Positions 15,049 to 18,885 of a stretch of DNA of 18,885 nucleotides are shown here, one piece after another (the first letter of the stretch is position 1; each line of letters starts with the position of its first letter). The stretch comes from an archaeon (GTDB lineage: Archaea > Iainarchaeota > Iainarchaeia > Iainarchaeales > CSSED10-239). The translations under genes were made by a program, and so were the position numbers. Under the pieces are notes generated by a model. The model searched no databases, was not told the origin of the DNA, and saw only the letters and a list, made by a program, of their open reading frames with translations. The stretch lies in the NCBI GenBank assembly GCA_041677685.1, contig JBAYPN010000014.1:1-18885 (forward strand), in the 5' to 3' direction.

Positions 15049-15753
15049 ATGTTTGATTTAAGAAAAGTAATAGTATATCCTTATATTAATATAAAGTTTT
15101 TTTTAATAATTCTGGTGTTAGCAAGTTTGTCTTTAATTTCTAATTTTTTTGCAGGAATTTCTTTATTTCTAATAGTGGCTGTAAGTTTCTGTTTAGTTTC
15201 TTTAAAGTATAAAAAAAAATTGGAAAATTATAATTTAGAATTTACAAATAATTTTTTTAAATATTTTGGAATATTTTTAGTATCAAGTTTTGCTTTTTTA
15301 ATATTTCAAGTAATTGTTATACTAATAGGCCTAATACCAACCTTTTTATTTTCAAAGGTAAATCTTGTAACAGAAGTTAGTTCTTTTAGTTTCTCAATAT
15401 TAAATGTAATTTTAATTGCTTTTGTTTTTGTTGCAATATTAATTGGAATTTTAAAAATAATTGGATTGATTAGGTATTTAAAAGATGAAAAGTTTGAAGT
15501 GCTTTTTGATTTTAAAAATAATTTAAAAATAATTTTTACAAAAAACTTTTTAGTTGCTCTTTTATTTGTTATAGGGTATATTTTAATGTATGGTCTTTTT
15601 GTGGTTGTTATTATAGGTTTACTTAACTTATTTGGATTATATTTGGTATCATTTTATTTAACAAATATTTTAATTTTAGTATCTATTTATTTTGTAATTG
15701 TAGGTGTTTATTCCGCATTTATGGAAGTTGTTGACAATTACAAGTTACAATAG
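15049..15753 (+). CDS. Polytopic membrane protein, hypothetical
   Basis: Track ORF 15040-15753 (GTG start); ATG at 15049 is more likely. There are at least five long hydrophobic segments. I recognise no family motif. Confidence 0.6.
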   Translation: MFDLRKVIVYPYINIKFFLIILVLASLSLISNFFAGISLFLIVAVSFCLVSLKYKKKLENYNLEFTNNFFKYFGIFLVSSFAFLIFQVIVILIGLIPTFLFSKVNLVTEVSSFSFSILNVILIAFVFVAILIGILKIIGLIRYLKDEKFEVLFDFKNNLKIIFTKNFLVALLFVIGYILMYGLFVVVIIGLLNLFGLYLVSFYLTNILILVSIYFVIVGVYSAFMEVVDNYKLQ

Positions 15754-15788
15754 TTATCTTTATAAATGTGATTTGTTAATATATATTT

Positions 15789-16062
15789 GTTAGTGGTTTA
15801 GTGTTTAGCATATTTTTTATAGAATAAAAATCTATAAAGAGTAAGGAAGGTCCGCCCACCATTTTTAAAACAAAAAAACTTCTTAATGGAAGTTGTTTCT
15901 GAACAGAAACAAGACGGTTCTTTTCCATAATCAACCAGTGATGTGTAGAACTGAGGGGAAAAGAAAGAGGCTGAAATCATGCAGAAACTGGTGCAAGGTA
16001 AATTTTACCGCTTAGATTAATTGCTATTAGATACAGAAGGTGGCTTATAGTAAACCACTAAC
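15789..16062 (+). ncRNA. rnpB: RNase P RNA (archaeal), about 274 nt
   Basis: This is a GC-richer island in AT-rich DNA.
- Terminal helix P1: GTTAGTGGTTTA (15789-15800) pairs perfectly with TAAACCACTAAC (16051-16062).
- P3-like hairpin: TATAGA-ATAAAAA-TCTATA.
- CR-I-like GGAAGGTCCGCCC and CR-V-like ACAGAAGGTGGCTTATAG.
- P4: AGG(U)CCGCC (15848-15856) pairs with GGTGGCTT (16039-16046), leaving the universally conserved bulged U.
- GAAACTGGTGCAAGGTAAATTTTACC resembles the GAAA.GGUGCGGUAAG block. Confidence 0.8.
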
Positions 16063-16124
16063 ATTTTTGAAATACTTTTTTTATGTAAATTTAATAATTT
16101 TAAAAAGACAAAAGAGAGTAATTT

Positions 16125-16586
16125 ATGGGACAAATAACAACAATTACAGGGCCAATGTTTTCAGGAAAAACAACTGAACTTTTAAGACTTAAATCTAGAG
16201 AGGAGATTGCAAAAAGATATTCTCTTGTTTTTAAACCAAAGCTAGATAATAGATATTCAGATGTTTCTATTACTAATCATAATGGAATTAGAGAAGAAGC
16301 AATTGCAGTTGATAACCCAAATTCAATTTTAAAAATTGTTACTAATTATTTAAAATCAGAAAAACAAAATAAAAATCAATTAGTTAATATTTTTATTGAT
16401 GAAGTGCAATTTTTTAATTCTGAAATTACAGAAGTGATTTTAGAAATTTCAAAAAAAGGAATTAATGTTTTTTCCTGTGGCTTAAATCAGACATTTGAAG
16501 GAAAGGCTTTTCCTTTTAAAGATAAAAGAGATCATATTGGAACACTTATGGCTTTATCTGATAATATTATACATTTATACCCATAA
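16125..16586 (+). pseudogene. tdk: Thymidine kinase (TK1 type), N-terminal fragment (P-loop alpha/beta domain), truncated
   Basis: The fragment begins MGQITTITGPMFSGKTTELLRL (P-loop). It also has IFIDEVQFF (the Walker B-like DE.QFF) and CGLNQTFEGKAFPF. It ends ...LMALSDNIIHLYP*, just before the expected KL.AVC..CG lasso/zinc domain. At 153 aa it is short of the usual length of about 190-195 aa. Confidence 0.85.
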
Positions 16587-16610
16587 TTATTCTTTAAAAG
16601 ATATAAAAAA

Positions 16611-16630
16611 CCTTAGATAAAAATCTAAGG
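16611..16630. terminator. Perfect 8-bp stem / 4-nt loop hairpin between convergent genes
   Basis: CCTTAGAT-AAAA-ATCTAAGG. It lies between the stop of the tdk N-fragment and the 3' end of the minus-strand ORF, and overlaps that ORF's stop codon (16625-16627). Confidence 0.35.
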
Positions 16631-16828
16631 TGTATACTCACAAGAATCTAAAAGTTCTTTGGCTCTATCTTTTTCATCTTTAAGCTCTTGATTGTCTGGA
16701 TCTTGAAGTAAAGCCATATATGCGCTTGTATGGTCAGAAGTATATTTTGAATATTCTTCTTCTGTAATGTTTATAAATTCCATTCTTTTTTTTGTTTTAA
16801 ATAACAAATATTTTGTAAAACTTTTCAT
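16625..16828 (-). CDS. Hypothetical small acidic protein (67 aa; possibly 52 aa from the internal Met at 16783)
   Basis: Track ORF lying 7 nt downstream of the hydrolase gene on the same strand. No SD is visible for either start. I recognise no family (MEFINITEEEYSKYTSDHTSAYMALLQDPDNQELKDEKDRAKELLDSCEYTP). Confidence 0.45.
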   Translation of the reverse strand: MKSFTKYLLFKTKKRMEFINITEEEYSKYTSDHTSAYMALLQDPDNQELKDEKDRAKELLDSCEYTP

Positions 16829-16835
16829 AATTATT

Positions 16836-17402
16836 TCATTCTTTTTTTATTTTTTTAAAAAACTTTAAAGCTTCAGGAAGAGTAGTGACTCCATCACCTT
16901 GACAGATATGCCCTTTTTTTCCAATATTAACTTCAGTTGCATCTAAATCTTTAATTAATTTAGTAATATCTTTTTTTATAGCAAAAGGATCGTCTTGTGA
17001 ATAAATAACAATAAACTTCTTTGCCTTATCTTTTATCTTCTTAAAATCTATTGGAGTTTCTGACCATGGTTTCGCAACAGACCATTCTTCATTTTCATCT
17101 AAATTATTTTTATTGATAGTCATCCAAGGGGCAACTAAAATAACTTTACCTACTTTTCCATTATACTTTTCTAAAAATCTTAAGATGGTTTGGCAGCCCA
17201 CAGAGTGTCCAACAAACATAGTATATTCATCTACTTTTAAAGATTGTAATTTTTCAACCCAGGGCTTTATCTTAGGATTATCAGTATCTGGCATTACTGG
17301 TAAAGATACCTTATACCCTCTTTCAATTACCTTTTCTTTAAGATAAGGAAACCAATCTGATTTAGGGTTAGCTCCCCATCCATGTATAATATATGCTTTC
17401 AT
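16836..17402 (-). CDS. Alpha/beta-fold serine hydrolase, YdeN/RBBP9-like
   Basis: The protein starts MKAYIIHGWGANPKSDWFPYLK (HG.G....WF.. L). It has the nucleophile elbow FVGHSVGC (GHSxG), an acid in IVIYSQDDPF and a His in GKKGHI. At 188 aa, its length and motif order are typical of the small Ser_hydrolase family. The + strand ORF at 17113-17346 is antisense noise. Confidence 0.75.
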   Translation of the reverse strand: MKAYIIHGWGANPKSDWFPYLKEKVIERGYKVSLPVMPDTDNPKIKPWVEKLQSLKVDEYTMFVGHSVGCQTILRFLEKYNGKVGKVILVAPWMTINKNNLDENEEWSVAKPWSETPIDFKKIKDKAKKFIVIYSQDDPFAIKKDITKLIKDLDATEVNIGKKGHICQGDGVTTLPEALKFFKKIKKE

Positions 17403-17572
17403 TTTATCACATTAAATTTTATAAAAATACAAATATGTATAAATATATTATTATATACACTTAAAGGATTTATAAATATTTGTTTTAAAACAGATTAAAT
17501 CTCTTTCTTAAAATAAAGCCTAACATTGCCGTCTTTCTTACCAATTGAAATAAGTTTATAATCATTCTTTAA

Positions 17573-17722
17573 AATATTATTTTTACTATAAAAGATGCTG
17601 TTTGTAATAAGTGTGGGGAAAGTGCTACAAAAACATACAGACTTGGAGATTCAAAAAAAACAGTTGTTCTTGGAGGTACAGAGAAATACCAAGCAAGATG
17701 TACAAAGTGTTTTAAAGAATAA
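17573..17722 (+). pseudogene. tdk: Thymidine kinase C-terminal fragment (lasso/zinc-ribbon domain), no start codon
   Basis: The frame opens directly after a TAA (17570-17572). It reads NIIFTIKDAVCNKCGESATKTYRLGDSKKTVVLGGTEKYQARCTKCFKE*. This matches the TK1 C-terminus (KL.AVC..CG..A.fT.R......v.iGG.e.Y.a.CR.Cy) with both CxxC pairs. There is no ATG/GTG/TTG and no SD ahead of it. Confidence 0.8.
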
Positions 17723-17824
17723 ATGAATAGTAAAGATATAAAAAGACTAAGCAGTATTATTAAATATAAATTAAAAAATATAAATCATTAAATTAAATAT
17801 AATTAAGAAAAGTGTGATTAGATT

Positions 17825-18256
17825 ATGGAAGAAAGAATAGAATTTGTATCAAGTTTAAAAAATTTTACTGCTGTTAAAAAGATGAAATTAGATGGAACTA
17901 AAACATCTGTTGATATTGTTCAATTTTTAGCATCAATTCAAGTAACAACAAATAGTAAGATAAGATCATTATTAGAAGAAATAGTAGATATTGAAAAATT
18001 AAATGAAAATACAAAGCATTTAATGACTTTAGAATATAGTCAGTTTTTTGCAGAAATATATAGTTCAAAAACTAAAAAAATAATTGCTGGTTTATTTCCA
18101 GAAAACTTTAATAAAAAATTTAAAGATGCTTTTTTAGAAGCTTACCAAGTTTATTTGATTGAAAAATATTTCTTACTAAATAAAAGAGCAATTGGATATC
18201 ATCAAATATTATTTCCTGCATTATCTAAATTAAAGAAAGCAATTAAAGGAAAATAG
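17825..18256 (+). CDS. Hypothetical protein (143 aa)
   Basis: Complete ORF with an ATG start, predicted helical, with no recognisable motifs. It lies between the tdk remnant and tRNA-Tyr. Confidence 0.5.
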   Translation: MEERIEFVSSLKNFTAVKKMKLDGTKTSVDIVQFLASIQVTTNSKIRSLLEEIVDIEKLNENTKHLMTLEYSQFFAEIYSSKTKKIIAGLFPENFNKKFKDAFLEAYQVYLIEKYFLLNKRAIGYHQILFPALSKLKKAIKGK

Positions 18257-18285
18257 GATTTGTTTATTAGTTTTTTAAAGCAATT

Positions 18286-18314
18286 CTTTATAAATATTTA
18301 CTTATATATTATAT
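18286..18314 (+). promoter_or_regulatory. Promoter-like module (TTTATAAATA TATA box) upstream of tRNA-Tyr
   Basis: CTTTATAAATATTTACTTATATATTATAT is 28/29 identical to 3805-3833. The TATA box lies about 55 nt upstream of the mature tRNA 5' end. Confidence 0.35.
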
Positions 18315-18350
18315 TTATATAAGGATTAATTAAGACACAATTCTTAATAT

Positions 18351-18460
18351 CCCCCCTTAGCACAGCGGTTAGTGCGTCTGGCTGTAGACATTTAAATTTT
18401 ACCGTAAAATTAAAAATGGCGGTAACCGGAAGATCCCCAGTTCGAATCTGGGAGGGGGGA
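18351..18460 (+). tRNA. tRNA-Tyr (anticodon GUA) with a 37-nt intron at the canonical 37/38 position
   Basis: The acceptor stem CCCCCCT/AGGGGGG gives the C1-G72 pair diagnostic of archaeal/eukaryal tRNA-Tyr. The D arm is GCAC-AGCGGTTA-GTGC. The anticodon stem TCTGG/CCGGA encloses the exon loop CTGTAG|A. The T arm is CCCAG-TTCGAAT-CTGGG, and the discriminator is A. The mature length is 73 nt. No CCA is encoded. Confidence 0.9.
18388..18424 (+). other. tRNA-Tyr intron (37 nt)
   Basis: ACATTTAAATTTTACCGTAAAATTAAAAATGGCGGTA lies between anticodon-loop positions 37 and 38. It contains an internal helix TACCG/CGGTA. The position is compatible with a bulge-helix-bulge splicing substrate. Confidence 0.8.
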
Positions 18461-18479
18461 TTCCACTCGAAAGAGTTCT

Positions 18480-18885
18480 TTGTTAGAAGTTTGTAATGTA
18501 AGTGGTCCCGACGACATATACAGGACTGAACACAGACTAAGCAGAGCTATTTTTACTCTACAAAACAATTTAGAGGTTGTTGAAGAGAACAGAAATGCAA
18601 TACTTGACTATGTTATATCTATGAAAGCTCAAGGAATTAAGTCAATTAGACTATCTAAGTCTATCTATATGCTTAGAGATATGTCTAATGTAATACAAAT
18701 ACCTTTTGCTATAGCCACAAAGCAAGATATCGAATATTTGATGTTTACTATTGAGCAAAGAGATTATGCTTTTTGGACAAAATCAGACTATAAGATAATT
18801 CTAAAGAGGTTCTATAAGTGGCTACTTGGAGATGATGAAACTGCTCCAAAGATTGTTTCTTGGATTAAAGTAAAGGATTCTAAAA
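18480..18885 (+). CDS. Tyrosine recombinase / phage-type integrase, N-terminal SAM-like domain (3'-partial, runs off window)
   Basis: The open frame reads ...NRNAILDYVISMKAQGIKSIRLSKSIYMLRDMSNVIQIPFAIATKQDIEYLMFTIEQRDYAFWTKSDYKIILKRFYKWLLGDDETAPKIVSWIKVKDSK. This is the pattern of archaeal integrase-family N-terminal domains (..GLS..T...Y...L......F...TK.DIE......E....S.WTK.DYK..LK.FYKWL.G....P..V.WIK). The only canonical start before this domain is TTG 18480, 20 nt after the tRNA-Tyr 3' end. The frame is actually open from 18426, inside the tRNA. It is not in the track because no stop lies in the window. Confidence 0.7.
   Translation, partial: MLEVCNVSGPDDIYRTEHRLSRAIFTLQNNLEVVEENRNAILDYVISMKAQGIKSIRLSKSIYMLRDMSNVIQIPFAIATKQDIEYLMFTIEQRDYAFWTKSDYKIILKRFYKWLLGDDETAPKIVSWIKVKDSK

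Larger units (their letters stand above)
16571..17572. mobile_element. About 1.0-kb insertion splitting tdk; carries two minus-strand genes, encodes no recombinase
   Basis: It is bounded by the 8-bp direct repeat AATATTAT (16563-16570 and 17573-17580), which sits in the same codon phase in both tdk fragments. Removing 16571-17580 joins them into one uninterrupted TK1 ORF of about 195 aa. Calling it a mobile element is inference; it could also be an illegitimate-recombination insertion. Confidence 0.4.

Noticed and set aside
15798-15980. 60-aa minus-strand ORF
   Set aside because: It falls within the RNase P RNA, whose conserved P1, P4, CR-I and CR-V elements explain the sequence conservation and the higher GC. 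There is no RBS, and the peptide is Cys/Phe-rich nonsense.
17595-17726. Alternative ATG-initiated 43-codon ORF (MLFVISVGKVLQ...) overlapping the tdk C-terminal fragment
   Set aside because: It is in a different frame from the one giving the unmistakable TK1 zinc-ribbon sequence. The peptide has no recognisable features and is most likely fortuitous.
14290-18885. Search for a 23S or 5S rRNA gene downstream of tRNA-Ala
   Set aside because: No GC-rich structured block other than the 274-nt RNase P RNA and tRNA-Tyr is present. Nothing resembles conserved 23S segments, so I report the absence as a finding rather than a feature.

Overview
Very AT-rich archaeal chromosomal segment. Archaeal markers are a 16S rRNA starting ATTCCAGCTGATCCTGC and ending GGATCACCTCCT, FEN-1 with a C-terminal PIP box, ribosomal protein L40e, an intron-containing tRNA-Tyr with a C1-G72 pair, and an RNase P RNA. 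The GC-richer RNA genes stand out as islands. Small Lys-rich proteins, a 16S gene not followed by 23S, and substitutions at normally invariant 16S positions suggest a reduced DPANN-like genome; this is inference and cannot be confirmed without a database search.

Layout, left to right:
- 1-3722: tight + strand operon of deoxyhypusine synthase (3' end), unknown ORF, PLP fold-III decarboxylase, kinase-like ORF and agmatinase.
- 3909-7008: thioredoxin-CcdA/DsbD fusion membrane protein, then an M50 site-2 protease.
- 7022-9214: coiled-coil ORF (-), tRNA-Gly (-), fen (+), L40e (-, below the ORF-track size cutoff).
- 9684-11600: large secreted, C-terminally anchored surface protein.
- 11698-14289: tRNA-Glu, L41e-like micro-ORF, 16S rRNA, tRNA-Ala, with no 23S.
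- 14765-15753: two small membrane proteins.
- 15789-16062: RNase P RNA, masked in the ORF track by a spurious antisense ORF.
- 16125-17722: thymidine kinase gene cut in two by about 1 kb carrying two reverse-strand genes, bounded by an in-phase 8-bp direct repeat.
- 17825-18885: hypothetical ORF, tRNA-Tyr(GUA) with a 37-nt intron, then the 5' part of a tyrosine recombinase running off the window.

No CRISPR array, transposase or recognisable defence system was seen. The items most worth follow-up are the interrupted tdk, the agmatine/hypusine operon with two unknown ORFs, the tRNA-Tyr/integrase junction, and the divergent RNA genes.
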